The notes beneath the pieces were generated by a model. The model was not told the origin of the DNA and searched no databases. It was given only the letters and a program-made list of their open reading frames with translations. Both the position numbers and the translations under genes were made by a program. A stretch of DNA of 64,000 bases, taken from positions 1 through 64,000 of the forward strand of contig JALMLS010000009.1 in the NCBI GenBank assembly GCA_038496445.1. The letters are read 5' to 3'. Of this stretch, positions 50,222 through 64,000 are shown one piece after another. The first letter of the stretch is position 1, and every line of letters starts with the position of its first letter. The DNA comes from Trichosphaerium sp. ATCC 40318. Taxonomy: Eukaryota > Protista > Tubulinea.

Positions 50222-53212
50222 ATGGAGATCATGATGGATACGAAAATTCCGTTGAAGAGAAAACCCGCGCACCTCTCAACGCCCGAGGAAACGCGTGCGG
50301 CCAAGAGGAGAAAAACTACCAACTCTTCTAGTTTTTCTGGGGATCTAAAGTTGCATTTACCCCAAAACCCAAACAACACGCAAAACCACAATCACGTTAA
50401 TGGGAGTCTTTCAACAGCGAAGAACGGAAAAATAAACGACGTAGAAGGCTTTTTGGTTAAACTTTTGTCATCTCGTTGCGATACAAAACCGAGCGCTTCG
50501 CCGTCCAGCGGTGATAAAACGCACTTCAAGGAAGAATCGACAACTATGAATGGTTCTAAACTGGCTGATAGCAAAAGCGTTGGAGAAGTTTCGGACCTTC
50601 ACTTTCTTAATGCGCTCGAGAAAAAGCTCTACGTACATCGTTGCCAGCAGTCTACAGGCACGTAATCTTCCATAAGCGGGAAAATACGCAACGTGTTATT
50701 TTAAAAATAAGCCTTACAAATTGCTAATTCGTTGTAGTTATGGGCTTAGACGCAGGATTGTACGGTGTAGATAGTCTGCAAGATATGAAAGTGGGCCTGT
50801 ACATTAATTTACATCGCTGCATGTTTACCATCAATTCTTCGGTACTTTCACTTCCTCCCAATGCTATCATAACACTTTTAAGCCTACTACTTACAAATAC
50901 GACCATCACGTTATGAGATGCATTTCACGATCGATTGATCTTGGTGTTCTCGTCCCAGATCTTGCAGCAATGCTAGAGGACGTCCAATGCCCATTTTACG
51001 AAGGTTCGCTATTTAACCGTTCTTTTTTGTTTTCTTTCTTTAAAAATTAATATTCCTCTCAGGGTGTGTATTGCTTGAAGTACGTGACTACCGTAATCAA
51101 GTGTCCTCTGGGTTTCAACCAACATGTCATCGCGTGTTATTACGTCCTACTCAAGAAACACTCGCTGGTGACTTAGAGCGTATGATGACGCAAAATAAGC
51201 TTGATCTAACTGACGATGAAAAAATTCTTTTTGAGAAAAAACTATTGGTGCGGAAACAGTTAATTTCTTTTGTCAAATTCTGATTGTTTTTTTTTTTCAG
51301 GAAAAATTGAGCCCTCCTGTATGTTTAGAGGTTTCCAAGTCATTAGATGAATGTCGTGTGCTTTATGGACTATCTTACAATATTAATAAATACAACTACA
51401 GGCCAAGACGAGGTACATTTGATTGACTTTTTGGATTTTTTTTTTGATGGATTTTCAATAGGTTTATTGGGTCGTAAGAGTAGAGTGCTTCCTACTAGGA
51501 AGCCAGTTCGCAAAAGGCAGTCTAATCTATACTCATTCCTCAAGAAGCATTGCCGTAGCAACAAAGATATGTATTCCATTCACAATCCAGAGTTTCATAA
51601 AGAACAAGTCAGACACTGCAATCACCCACTACTATCTACCGCTAGTAGGGAAAGTCGTCAAGCAAACCTTCCTCCTGAGAAACAAGAGAACTTTAAGACA
51701 CCGGATATCAATAGTATGCACAAAGAGAATTTTTTAAAGTACTTCAGCTAATCCTTTTTTTTTTAAGTCATGTCGCATCCAATTGTTCCAAGCGGTATAC
51801 CTCGACCTGAGCCATTCATAAAAGACAGGTTAATGATGTATAAAATTCATAGAGATGCCCGAAAGAGCCGTCAGCATTTGCAGCGTGCTAACTATCATGG
51901 TACGTTTTTTTCTTCAGTAAAGCAATATTGGATTTCGCGACTAATTCAAAGTAGAAGTTGTCAGAGTTGAGATTAAAGAGACTAGTCCTGGTATATTCAC
52001 CGGTCTAGTGCGTGTTAATGTCACACCTGCGGGTGGCGCTCGTCAAACTCTCAGTGGGTGAGTAGTATTTTTCTCTTTTTGGTTCAACAATTGATTTTTT
52101 TTCTAAGGCCTCCTATTGTATTTGGTATTGGATCTGCAAGTGCTGTACGCACTTATATTAAAAACTTGTACCTCCTTGAAAAAGACAACCTTCTTATGGA
52201 TAACGCTGTTGTGCTTGATCCTAATCGTAAACGAAGTACGTAGTACATTGTTATGCTTATTAAAATATTCTAATGAAGATTTTAAAGGCATAAGTGTTCG
52301 TAAAAGTCAAGAGTTACATCACCGATACGGCGCGACTGGAAGAGTACGTTTTCTCTTTTTTTTTTTTTTGTTGCTTTCAGACACTTTCTTGGGCTGTCAA
52401 GTTCTTATTGTTGTTAATAGAGTTATGGCTCGTATTCTGCGCAAAATGGACGCGTCCCTATTGGATTCCCAGGATATAACCAAACACGTAAGAACTTTGG
52501 TAGGAAAGTCAGTGGCTAATATATTTTCTCTAGGTTATGCACGTACAGCTTTAACTACAGCGCAAATGAATCCGAGTACCAGAGCTGCTGCCATTGAGCA
52601 TAATAGGCGCTTACAATTGTTACGTGCTCAACAACAACAACAGCAAGCCAAAGGGATCCCAGTTAAACCTGGACCTCATCCTCCTCCTAATCGCTCTACT
52701 TTCTTGCCAAATGGTCATCCAATGTACGAAGTTAATTTTTTCTTTATCTTCTAAAAGCTAATTTCCTCTCAAAGTCCAAGACGCACCAACAGGCACCCAG
52801 GTATGATTAACATGGGCGGTGCTAATGCTGCTACAATGCAGCAGCTCCAAAATGGCGCTACTCGTGGTCCAACAACTAGTAGACCAACCACACGAGGGCA
52901 TAATCCAACGTAAGTCACTGAGCAATATTTTGCGTACCCCACCACTACCAAAAGATTTCCTTTTTCTAATGGATACGGCCATACAACCATGAAAACTCCG
53001 TGTCTCTTTCCGAACCGCGAAGATAAGCATGGTATGGCCCTGCCAGTACTTGGGTCCGTGAGGACCAGGGAACGTAGGGTGCTGTATTCATTTTGCTTTT
53101 TTTTCTTTTCGAATTACAGTAGCATGCTTGCGTGTGGTCCTGTGCCTTTGTGTATGTGATACTGACGTATTTTTTGCTTAGGTCAAAACGAGGAATGAAT
53201 CCTAAACAGTAG
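50222..53212 (+). CDS. SPT20: SAGA complex subunit SPT20-like protein with Q/P-rich tail
   Basis: FYEGCVLLEVRDYR and HRVLLRPTQETLAGDL..FEKKLL..PPVCLE match the Spt20 SEP-domain pattern. Confidence 0.8.
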
Positions 53213-53930
53213 ACTTCTCGATCTGTTGCATTATTTAAGGAAAAACCCTGACCACACGTGTATACTACTCTTTCTCTACTCGCTCGCGGTGCCGATTTTT
53301 TTCACCCTTGTAAATCTGTAAATCAACATCCTTGGTAGCCATACCGAGCGTTCATCAAAAAAAAAGCAACAAACTCGTTAGTGAAGTGGTAATATTTGTA
53401 AAATTGTAATGATAATAAAAAAATGAAAAAAAAAACTTTAGAACAATCTTTGTTGCACGTTTTTTTCAAACTTGAGTAGCTTATTGAAGTCATCGCTCTT
53501 TCCATTTCAAAACAACTACGTTCATTAGTTTTGAACACAACAGAGAGCTCGTTGTTAAATCCATTATTTTCCACTTGTTTAAAACACGTGTGTTTATGCG
53601 TACCTGGGTAATGAGTAAATTGAATAGTGTACATTCATATAAAGGGAAGATGTTTGTTTATTTTTGTTAGTACATATTAACCTGCGCCGATTAGCACGTG
53701 TTACAGGCCGATTACATGGGAACAGCTCAGTTTTGATAGCAGCAAGAGCATCCAGTTATTAAATGTGGCTTGTCACGTTTATTGAAATGTTGAACTCATC
53801 AAAATAACAATGCCTGATACTGCCTCCTATAAACAACACATTTCAGATGATCAAGAACAATGACTCATTCTCACGCTGACTTAGTTTTCTCATTAATTCT
53901 TTTATAATGTACAACATCAGCCAATGGAAA

Positions 53931-54551
<621 letters not shown>

Positions 54552-54764
54552 TTAGCGTTTACAATAATGTAGAGCTGCTGACGTCGTTTATTTAAGTGAA
54601 ATTCTTTTAAGCTACACTATTTCGAATACCAGTATTCCTATTCTAGTAAGAGTTCTATTTGAGCGCGTGTAGTTATATCTAGGCGATGATAAGAAACGAG
54701 TCCACCCTTTGTGACACAAAATCGGTATTTCGTTTTTATTCGTTTGGCGAAACACGGCCATTAA

Positions 54765-56288
54765 ATGGACTTGAGCAAATTTGTCTTTGTAGTGGCATTA
54801 GCCCTTGGTTCAGCGCTTGTGGTAGATGTACCAAAGGGTGATACACTTGTAGACTGGGCTAAACTGAAGAACCCTATATTGGCGTATAGTAAGCAAGCTA
54901 TAAAAGATGTTTACGTACAGTATGATGGCGTTGGGACGTTTTACATGTTTTTTTCGTCTTTCGAAACTAGAACAGATGGCGTATTCAGGTGTAGCGTCGT
55001 AGAGGGTGCGTGAGATAACTAATAAATTGGAAACGGTTTTCTAAACGAAAAGTTCAACTGACTTTTTTGACATCAGTTGCCACCAAGGACTTTAAAACAT
55101 ACTCTACGCCTATACTTAATATTGATGGTACAAGTGAAGGTATGTACAAACGTTTTAGTTGCCTGTGAATGAAACACACGGTAAATAACTTAAAAAAAAC
55201 CAAGGATGGATTGGTATGGCTTCTCCTAGCGTAACTCCACTGAAAATCAACGCTACTTCCACTAAATATATCCTTACTTTTAACGTACGCTGGAAACAAT
55301 TTAAAGAAGAAACAAAGCGGTTGTAGATCACGTTTTTTTAATGGATACAATTTGACACGTGATTTTAGTCTTGGGGAGATAAAACTGGAAAACCTGACTC
55401 TTTATTTTATCTTGAGTCTTATGACCTGGTTCATTGGAACCAAGGTACGTTAAATCTTTCTACCTTTTGGTGCCCACTCGCTGTGATCTTGAGAATTACA
55501 CTACTGACTTGTGCTCAGATGTACTAAAACCGCTTGGGACTGAGGTTACTGGTGGTATTCGTGCGATCGATGCTGATTTAGCAATATCTGTTGTGTACGT
55601 TAAATTTGTCGGTTTGATTGTATTAACATCATTCTAGAAACGGTTCAATTCGGTACTACCTCATGTGGAAAGAAATACAAACTCAGAAGATTGCAGTATC
55701 AGATAATCTTGATAGTGGATGGAAAAAAATCGGTACAAGGCATTGACTGTTTTTTGGTAACCTGATTGTTTCAAGGTGGTGGCACTCCATCGTTTAAACT
55801 CACGAATGGAACAGAGTCTCATTGTGAAAATTACAACATGTTAAAGATTGTAGACACGTGGTATACCCTATGCTCTCTACGTACGTTCCGTTGAAATGTT
55901 TATGGAGTGCTGATAGTGTGAGCAAAGTTGGTTTAAAAGGATATGAGAAAAATTTATATTTGTACGAAATGAGCAAAAGTGGAGTTGAGGATATGGACTG
56001 GCTTGATTGGATACATGGTTATAGTGTGGATACTGCCATAGGGTCTTGGAATGATAAAGGACCCAACAACGCAGGTGCTTTGTCTGACTGGAGTAAGGTG
56101 CGTTAAGACTTTCAGATAAGGTATATTTTTTGATGTTTGTCTCTTAGTATGATGGTTGGATTTATGCATTCTATGCAGGAGAAAATGTGACACGTACTTT
56201 TCATAACCGTGGACACGAGACAATAGGTGTATCTCGTACCAAGAACCTAAAAGATTGGTATCCAGCAGGAACACAGCAACAATTTTAG
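54765..56288 (+). CDS. Secreted putative glycoside hydrolase (five-bladed beta-propeller GH43/32-like)
   Basis: Signal peptide; NPIL..AIKD, SPSVT, RAIDADL, HCENY and IGVSRTKNLKDW blade-like motifs. Confidence 0.6.
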
Positions 56289-56531
56289 CCAAAAAAAATA
56301 AACGTCAAAAAACTGTATGTCCAACTCTCTGCAACCCACAGGATTGTTCACAAAATCATTCACTTTGTAACGAAGCTGTTCTCAAAAAGTACTGATGATA
56401 GACACCAATCATCAGGACTCATCTTGACTTGTCAAAATCAGCCGCTAATTTTCTTGTGAAAATTTTCAGTTAAAGTTGGTGCTTTGCTTTTTTTTGTTTT
56501 AAGCCATTAATCAATTTTATTATTATATCCA

Positions 56532-58081
56532 ATGAGCGAAAGCGATACCAGCAAGCTTCAAGAATTGTTTGACAATGGTTACATTCAAAAACCAGAATAC
56601 AAGCGCAGGTTAGCGCTTATACAGCCAATAGTTAGCAAAAATGACAGCGAACCACCCAAAAAGAGGCAACAAATCGAACAACGCCAAAAGCGCGCTAAAC
56701 GCTTTGGAGTGGTCAGTACGCGAACTATGAAATGTGATTACAGAGTCTAAAGTCGTTGTAGCACCTATTACACCCACTGTGGAATCAGATGTTGATCTAC
56801 TAGATTATGAAAGCGACGGTGAAGCTGAGGGCGAGCCCTATGAAAGTATTGCTCATGTAGGCTTTAAAGAATTGCTTTTTAAGCCGGAGATGCTATGTGC
56901 TATTAGAGAAGCTGGGTGCGTACTTTCTATTTACGTTTCTGATAGCTATGAAGCTCACACGTGATAGGTTTGAGTTCCCAACGGACACCCAAAAAGATAT
57001 TATACCTATGCTAATTCTCGGCTGTGATGGTATTATTACCGCTCCTGTTGGCTCTGGCAAGACGTTATCACTAGTGATGAGTGTTCTACAGCGTATAGAG
57101 TGTTGTAGGAGAACTTACAAGTGCTTGTGTCTTGTACTTTGCCCAACAATAGAGTGCGTTGATCAAATGCTAAGGTCGTTTAAAAAACTCGGAAAATACC
57201 TCCCGTATCTTTCGTATGCTGCTTACTATGGTGGTGTTTCGTTACGCGATAATAAGGATGATATAAAGAGAAATGGTGAGTCAATGATTGTTGTTGGAAC
57301 AATAGGACGTGTTGCACATCTTGTCAAAGAGGGCGTACTTTCTTTATCACATTTAAAGTATGTTTTGGTTGACGATTGTGATGCTTCTATTATGGGTAAT
57401 AATGAAGATACATGGCAGAAGTTATACAGTAAAATGCCTAAAGATAAGCAGGTTGTTATGGCATCAACTTACTTATCAGAGAAAGTTGTCAATAAGTGCA
57501 AAACGTACATGTCTTCGAAGGTGTGTTGTTTTTTTTTTAAAAAGTTTTTCTTACTTCTATCCTAGCCTTTTGAAATTACTATACCCTTATCTAGTACCAT
57601 ACCTTCTTTCATTATACATAACGTTGAACATGTGAGTCAAGGGGGCAAGAAAAAAGCACTTGCGACTTTTCTTGACAATACAGACTTTCATCAAGTTTTG
57701 ATTTTTGTTCAATCAACAGAACGTGCAATATCCCTTGACAAAGAGCTTTTATCTATAAATTTCCCATCGACAGTGTACCACTCTGGTGTTTCAATCAAGA
57801 AAACCGAAAGATTGAAACTACTAAGAGATTTGGAACACTGTAAACATCTCATTGTTGTTTGTACGGATGTACTAAGTCGTGGTATAAAAATAGAACAAGT
57901 TGATGTTATTGTTAATTATGATCTTCCTTATTCTCCTGAAGTTTATACAAATAGATGTGGACGTATTGGAGATATGATGTACAATAAAAAAGGTCTTGTT
58001 AAGACTTTTATTACTGATAGAAACAAAGATGCTTGGTCCAAGATAAAGAAAGAATGTGGCTTTTCAGCACAACATTGTTGA
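56532..58081 (+). CDS. Divergent UAP56/DDX39-like DExD-box helicase with N-terminal SHOCT-like segment
   Basis: LLDYES..YESIAHVGFKELLFKPEMLCAIREAGFEFPTDTQ is UAP56-like; GSGKT, DDCD, FHQVLIFVQS, TDVLSRGI, NYDLP. Confidence 0.85.
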
Positions 58082-58227
58082 TAGTAGAATATCTCTACAA
58101 AACGTAAATAAAAATATCTCATAAGTATTTGATTATTCTCTTTGAGCGAACTACATTACTTAGCACACGTACTCACTGAATGTATTTGACTAATATGGTA
58201 CGTAAATTGTATATATTTGGACACGTT

Positions 58228-58956
58228 ATGGCAGCGAAACGCAAGGTAAGCGTATATTTTATTGTCACGTGTTTAATGCGAGATAACCTATTTTGGTTGT
58301 AATGTCGTTAAATTACCAACACAAACAGGCTGGTAGGAAGAACTAAACCTAACGATGAATCGTAGATACAACCTGAAGAATCAGAACGATTTTGCTTGTA
58401 CAGCCTTCCAATAGAGCTTCACCTCGATATTGTAGAACTAGATTCTGAGGTGTACATGAAGTGGCCGCTATTATCTGCTTACCATGCTACCGCGACCAGA
58501 TTTGATTATGAGTTTAGAAAAACTGGTAAATGGTTTAAGCATTGTACAGCTTTCGATGTTAGATATAGTCCAAGCAAAAAAAGTCAATTGTTCGTGAATG
58601 GTAGAGCAGAAGGAGAGTTCAAGAGTTGGTACTACAACGGGCAAATACTTGAAAAAGGCTATAGGTTAAATAGACGACTAGAAGGGGAATACACCTCTTG
58701 GTATGCTAATGGTCAATTAAAGACACAGTGCCATTATCGCAAAAGTAAACTTGAAGGCAAGTATAGGTGTTGGTATTCACATGGTCAGCTGAGATCAAAA
58801 GTTAATTATGTAGATGGTAAAGAGCAAGGAGAGTATCGAGAATGGCATAAGAACGGTCAATTGATGACAAACTGTAGACGTAGAAAGTTTAAGCAGTCAA
58901 CTAATGATATAGAACATTATTATTATACTTATTACGAAACGCCGGGCGAGACATAA
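58228..58956 (+). CDS. F-box-like N-terminus + MORN-variant (YwqK-like) repeat protein, 2 exons
   Basis: Micro first exon MAAKRK, intron 58246-58365, LYSLPIELHLDIV.., repeats EGEYxSWYxNGQL..Y. Confidence 0.8.
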
Positions 58957-59179
58957 AACTATTCTCATGCTGACAAGTATGAGAATTGCCATAGGTTGAT
59001 TCTATAAAGTAAGGAATCGATGGTATAGGAATCATCTCCTTTTACTTCAGACACAAGGGTACGTTAACAAGAGACGTCTTGGGGTATTTGAAAACTACTT
59101 GTTTTTTTTTTAGATGTAGTAAACTCAAGTCTTTATTTAGCCTTCTCCTATCTTTGTGGGTATTCGTTTCTCCAATTTT

Positions 59180-60320
59180 TTACTTCAGCCATTTGTATCC
59201 GTTGGCTATAAAAGATTGCACACAGTCTCGCATCATTTCGTTAAGTGATAAGTTCTTGTAAGTCATGCCAAGTTCTTTTAATCTTGTGTCATCAATATCT
59301 CCTTGGCTAAAGTCTCCTGGGCGTCCTAATAAAGGTCAATTTTATTTCATAGGTTTTATTGTACCTTTAACAAAATCGTATCGAAGACAAGGTAGCTTTG
59401 GGTCTTTCAATTCATCCAAAATGTCAGACAAACTTTGACACATTTCAAGTACAGTGTACGATCCTGGTGATCCAATATTAACAATATCGTACTCCCTGGA
59501 AGACTTGTACGTAGTATAAATTCCTAACGGAGGAAAAAACAATCAGAAAACAATAAGAGTGTCGTTGTATTACCTTCAGCAATATATTTGTAATGAGCAT
59601 AGCATCTTCCGAGTTTTCCTGTTCCAAACACGTGGAATGGCTCTTTCTTCGCCACCTTAGATATCATCACACCTGGTACTAAAGCACCTCTCATATCTCT
59701 TCCACCAACAAAAGTAGCGAACCTCATACATACGTGGCCAAGTTGATGTTCTAGTAAAAAATCAGTTAAGAAACAGAAAATCTGAAAAGCCGGAAATGAT
59801 TCATTGAATGAAAGGAGCCTTCTGAATTACTACACGTGGGGTACTTACTTTGTTTGCTTGCTATTATATCCTTCTCCGATAGCAATTTAGAACGAGCATA
59901 CCCTTCCGTCGGACAAACGGGGCCGTCTTCTTTATTTACTTTACACTTGTTACCTCCGTAAATACAACACGTGCTAGCAAATAACATGGAAAGCCCTAGG
60001 GCTTCACACACTTGTAGTACGTTCTTTGTTCCTCCAACGTTTATTTTACTGTCTTTGTACTTGTTGAGGTTGGATACAGCCGCTAGGTGAATGATGTCTG
60101 TCACTTGCTCTTTAACGCATACTTCTTCAATCGATTTTAAACTTAGAATGTCTTGGCCGTCTACAATGTCGAAAGGCACTGTTTGTACGCCACGTGACTC
60201 GAAAATACGCGTTACTTCGCACCCTAGGTATCCTTTTGCTCCTGTAATTAGAACTATGGTTATAGTAAGCGTTTGATAAAGATAATTGTGCAAGAAGCGT
60301 TACGAACCCTTTTTAATCAT
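59180..60320 (-). CDS. NAD-dependent epimerase/dehydratase (extended SDR, GalE-like)
   Basis: VLITGAKGYLG, IIHLAAVS, FASTCCIYG, YARSK (YxxxK), VNIGS, RPGD. Confidence 0.92.
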
Positions 60321-61374
60321 TTTGTAATGGGGATACGTAAGTTATGTTAAAATGGCTTTCTGTTTTTGTACACATTTTTAGCTCACCAGAAACACGTGAA
60401 AATACCTGAAAGCAGAATTCATTAATTCTCTTAGTTAGATTTGAGATACATCTACTCTGTAGATGACACCTTAACTCCGTTAAAATGCTTTCTTCATGTT
60501 GGCTTAACTGCTACAACGGAAAAATAACCTAAATACCCGTTGGAGGTAGTATTATACGTTGCGACACTTTTCTATCAGCTACATAAGTCAAAAGAATGCG
60601 AGTGAAGATGTGGCTGTATTTGCTTTTTCTAGAGGCAGAAAAATACTTGAAGTTCATTCTGCTTAACAAAGAATGTACAGTTTCTCAGTGTTGCTATAAA
60701 TCAATCAAGTACTGATGTAAATACTTTCACCACTGCTAACAACAGTACACCGAATTTAATACATTGAAAAGGTTGTGTAAGATGACTATCGCAACTTATA
60801 TTCCCGTAACAAAGGCATGTTAACTCTGTGATGATGGAGGAATTGATACTTCAAATGCCTCAGCTATTTTAATGTAATTTCCTAACCAACCACTACGGCG
60901 GCCTACCAACGCTGTATTTCTAACTAAAATACCGACGAGTCAGCGTCAAATAACACTAGCTCCAACTACTCTAATAGTCGATGTTTAGCTATTAGTCCAT
61001 CTATACAATTTGATAAAGCGGTACAGCAACTACAATAAAAGAAGAATAAAATACGAAACCTTGTTATGGTACATACCTACGGTTACAAGTATTAGCGAAA
61101 TATTAGGAAACATAAAGCAGAGCTCAAGCATTATACGTGCTGCGACTATTTTATACATGTTTGACATGATTATTCCTGTGCTTATGTTTGGTGAAGTGAC
61201 TTCTTATTGTGACACAGGTACTGTAGGAACCTCCTGAGCAAAGGGATTAGTTACGAGTTTCATTCCATAATAGTAGTCAGCGCAAAAAGCTCATAAGTAA
61301 CTAAGGTTAACTGCATGGTTCAATGAATGCAACAATGCTTAAAAAAAAACACAATATTAGTAGGAACGCCACAA

Positions 61375-61720
61375 ATGGAAGCAACATACAGAAAAGAAGA
61401 ACACTATGGCCCTTTTACGCAGGTAGTAGTTTATTCTTTATTTAGCACTAATATACCCTCAGTCGGCTCAAATGGCGCTGCGCAAGGAAGAAAATACATT
61501 TATGTACGAAGAAGACGACACCGAGGAAGGTAGATGCGAAATTAGAACAGGCACTTATACACTCTCTAACGATGGTAAAACACTCAAATTCAAATACGAT
61601 AAGTGTTATTACACGCATCCAAGCTGTAGAGGCGAAATCGCAACTACTTGCTCTTGTGAAGAAGGGACGATAGCTGAAAATGAACTACGTTACGACGGTA
61701 ACGTACTTGGAAAGGTGTAA
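61375..61720 (+). CDS. Small hypothetical beta-rich protein (2 exons)
   Basis: MEATYRKEEHYGPFTQ|SAQMALRKEENTFMYEEDD..GTYTLSNDGKTLKFKY; in-frame intron GTAGTA..CCTCAG. Confidence 0.6.
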
Positions 61721-62882
61721 GCGCCTGATGCATCCATCATAAATAAACGTGTTTGAAAGTACATCTGCTACACAGAAAAAGATTCCGCTCCGTATGGTAT
61801 TTATATGCGTGGGTGTGGCGAAGGAAGGTACCGGTTTGTGTTTTGGTGCTTGTTTAAGCCAGAGGTCTATGAAGACTAATTTTATGCGAGTTTTCGTTGT
61901 AACGCATTACAATGACATGAAAATCCGCATAATTCTAGTCTTCGTTGTCAAGAAAGCGGGGACTTTGAGTGGAAGTAGACGTAAAGGCATTCCACGGTGG
62001 ATACCAAACTCAGTCACATAGCACATTGTTTTTAGGAATATTGGACAACAATGAGCTTGATACTTAAATACTAGTATTTATGTATGGAATTTTACAAGCG
62101 CTGAAAGGATTTCTACAAGTAGTATGATAGAATTTTCTAACTTGAAAATGTTGCACAACTTTCATTTTGTACCAAGTTCGTTCCGGTTCTGTCGACAGAT
62201 TTCATATTTATTATCCACAAAAAAATAGTACTTTCGCCCGACTGGGGAAAAAAGGACGTGAAAAGAGATGGGTAGGAAACTGAACTCTGAAATACAAATC
62301 TGTTTAACGGAAAAAAAACCCGCGAGTTTGTGAACTCGTTTTTTCAAACTGATACAAAAAAGGTTAGTGATCACTCTTGAGACAGGCTCAATTATGTGTT
62401 ATAGATTTTCTGAAGTTTGTCATCATTATCATCCATGATATCATAGCGTAACAGTAATACGGCAATCATCTCAAATTTCTGATTGGTGTTTGCATATGAT
62501 TGTATTGTTTTCAATCTGAGAAGCCGCGAACTTGCAGGTAGCCCTATTTTGTTACATCACCGGGTTAGAAAGTAGACAACAAACAGGGTTTTGCCTTATG
62601 ATATGATCACTCTTTGTGTACATGGACTCTATTGCACTTACTTCACTACATAAAATAACTCTTTCTGCTCTTACCACATGTACCTAAAGTAGGTGTGGGG
62701 TTAGGGTTTGTCCAAAAACTTATGGTCGGCGACAGATTTTCTCCCTTTCGATTTGGATTCTTCGTATCGAATTAATACTAGCAAAACCCTATTCGGTTTG
62801 TAACTCACAAAGTAAATGTTCGCAATCAATACCAACATTGTGATTTAGTAAAAAACTGCTAGCTATCACATCACCTCCTATA

Positions 62883-64000
62883 ATGTCATTCAAAGTAGCT
62901 CTTGTTATCCACAGCGCCAACGAGCTGAAGGCAGGAGACAGAAACGGTAAATCAGACCCGTTTGTAATACTGTTCGCTTCTAACTCTCCAAAAAAGCATC
63001 ACAAGACTCGCGTACGCTTGATCATATGCCCTTTAATAATTTAAAACTAATTACACCTCTATAGGTTCGCCCAGCAACTCTCTCCCCAACTTGGAATGAG
63101 TTTTTCGAAATAACTAATCTTGGAGCTGATGAGGACCTTGTTTTTCAAGTATGGGATAAGGATGCTTTTGGAAAAGACTTTCTGGGTGTGGTGACTATAA
63201 ACGCGAAAGATATCCCAGAGGATAGAGAAATGATGAAGCTTTTATTGAAGCCACGAACAAAGAAAGATAAACATATTACTGGATATATCTATGTTAGCAT
63301 GAGAAAGAACTCTGTTGATACTGTTTATTCCGAAGAAGCTAAGCCATTTGTGAAAAAATACACTATGTCTGTTGAAATCCTTGAAGCTGTATTCAAAAAC
63401 GAAGGCACGTGATAAAAATACGCTATTTTTTTTTATACCTTTCTTGCTTTGTTGTTTTGTCTGTTCAGTTTTTCAGTACCCTAATGCTATGTCATTAGAA
63501 TCAAGTCCATTGAAGGTACCTATAGAACACTGTAAAGATAGTTGTCGAACGAATTGGGACGAGATTATTGCATTTGGGAAAAATGTTAAGAAAGTACTCA
63601 ACCCTTTTGATTTACCTCCAGTTGACCCAAACGCACCACCACCTCACCTCAATATCTGGCCAACAATAGATTTCTTTACGTACCAAGCACACAAGTTTGT
63701 ATTCGATGTTGAAATGAAAGATGGAAGCCATAAGAGAGTGCGTGCACTAGTAAAGTTTGTACGGCTTCTATGTTATCCGATAGAAATTGCCATAGAAAGA
63801 AATTAGTTCGAATAAACTATTCTGGCGTTTGCAATAAGACTTAGCCAAGATTGAAGTGACGTTTTAGTCTTTAAAAACATTTTGAAGGAACTAGGTAGCT
63901 TGGCGTTTGGCTTATAGCAACATGTAGTTTACATGTTCGCTTCATAAATAAAACGCAACCAAGGATTTATCAATTTGGTGCCAAGATACCGTGCGAGTTT
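62883..64000 (+). CDS. C2-domain protein, continues beyond window
   Basis: HSANELKAGDRNGKSDPFV..TLSPTWNEFF..VFQVWDKDAFGKDFLG, a Ca2+-binding-type C2 domain. Confidence 0.9.

Noticed and set aside
53045-53085. CGTGAG..ACGTAGGG similarity to U11 snRNA stem I; GGGTGC similarity to a TPP riboswitch
   Set aside because: It lacks the U11 5' splice-site-binding end and remaining domains, and lacks the TPP CUGAGA/AUACC core.
62696-62710. GGGGTTAGGGTTT telomere-like/telo-box motif
   Set aside because: Single unit upstream of the C2 gene; not distinguishable from chance.

Overview
Gene-dense, AT-rich (roughly 35-37% GC by eye) eukaryotic nuclear DNA with many short GT-AG introns (mostly 35-100 nt) and the standard genetic code. 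It is most likely a free-living protist, probably an amoebozoan (inference). About 30 protein genes can be rebuilt by manual splicing: myotubularin (3' part), F-box/LRR, amidohydrolase, citrate synthase, a pseudokinase, cytosine deaminase, two alpha/beta hydrolases, arylsulfatase, GH39-like glycosidase, cytochrome P450, syntaxin, PRP6, DH-PH-FYVE RhoGEF, Kish/TMEM167, SPT20, a divergent ARF, a divergent UAP56, an NAD-dependent epimerase and a C2-domain protein. Several elements are absent from the ORF track. Two intron-encoded box C/D snoRNAs have guides complementary to U6 snRNA (predicted Cm62 and Am70, human numbering), one of them inside PRP6 itself. A spliced 78-aa 'VDSFPD'-repeat protein resembles a bacterial family reported to form a 7_1 knot. 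There is also a 121-nt near-perfect hairpin and strong enrichment of the palindrome TCACGTGA, largely in introns. Other highlights are a Trp-rich helical-repeat protein ending in a PD-(D/E)XK/RAP-like nuclease and a local expansion of F-box-like adaptors carrying giant-virus-type MORN/LRR repeats. All exon boundaries and family assignments were made by eye, with no database search.
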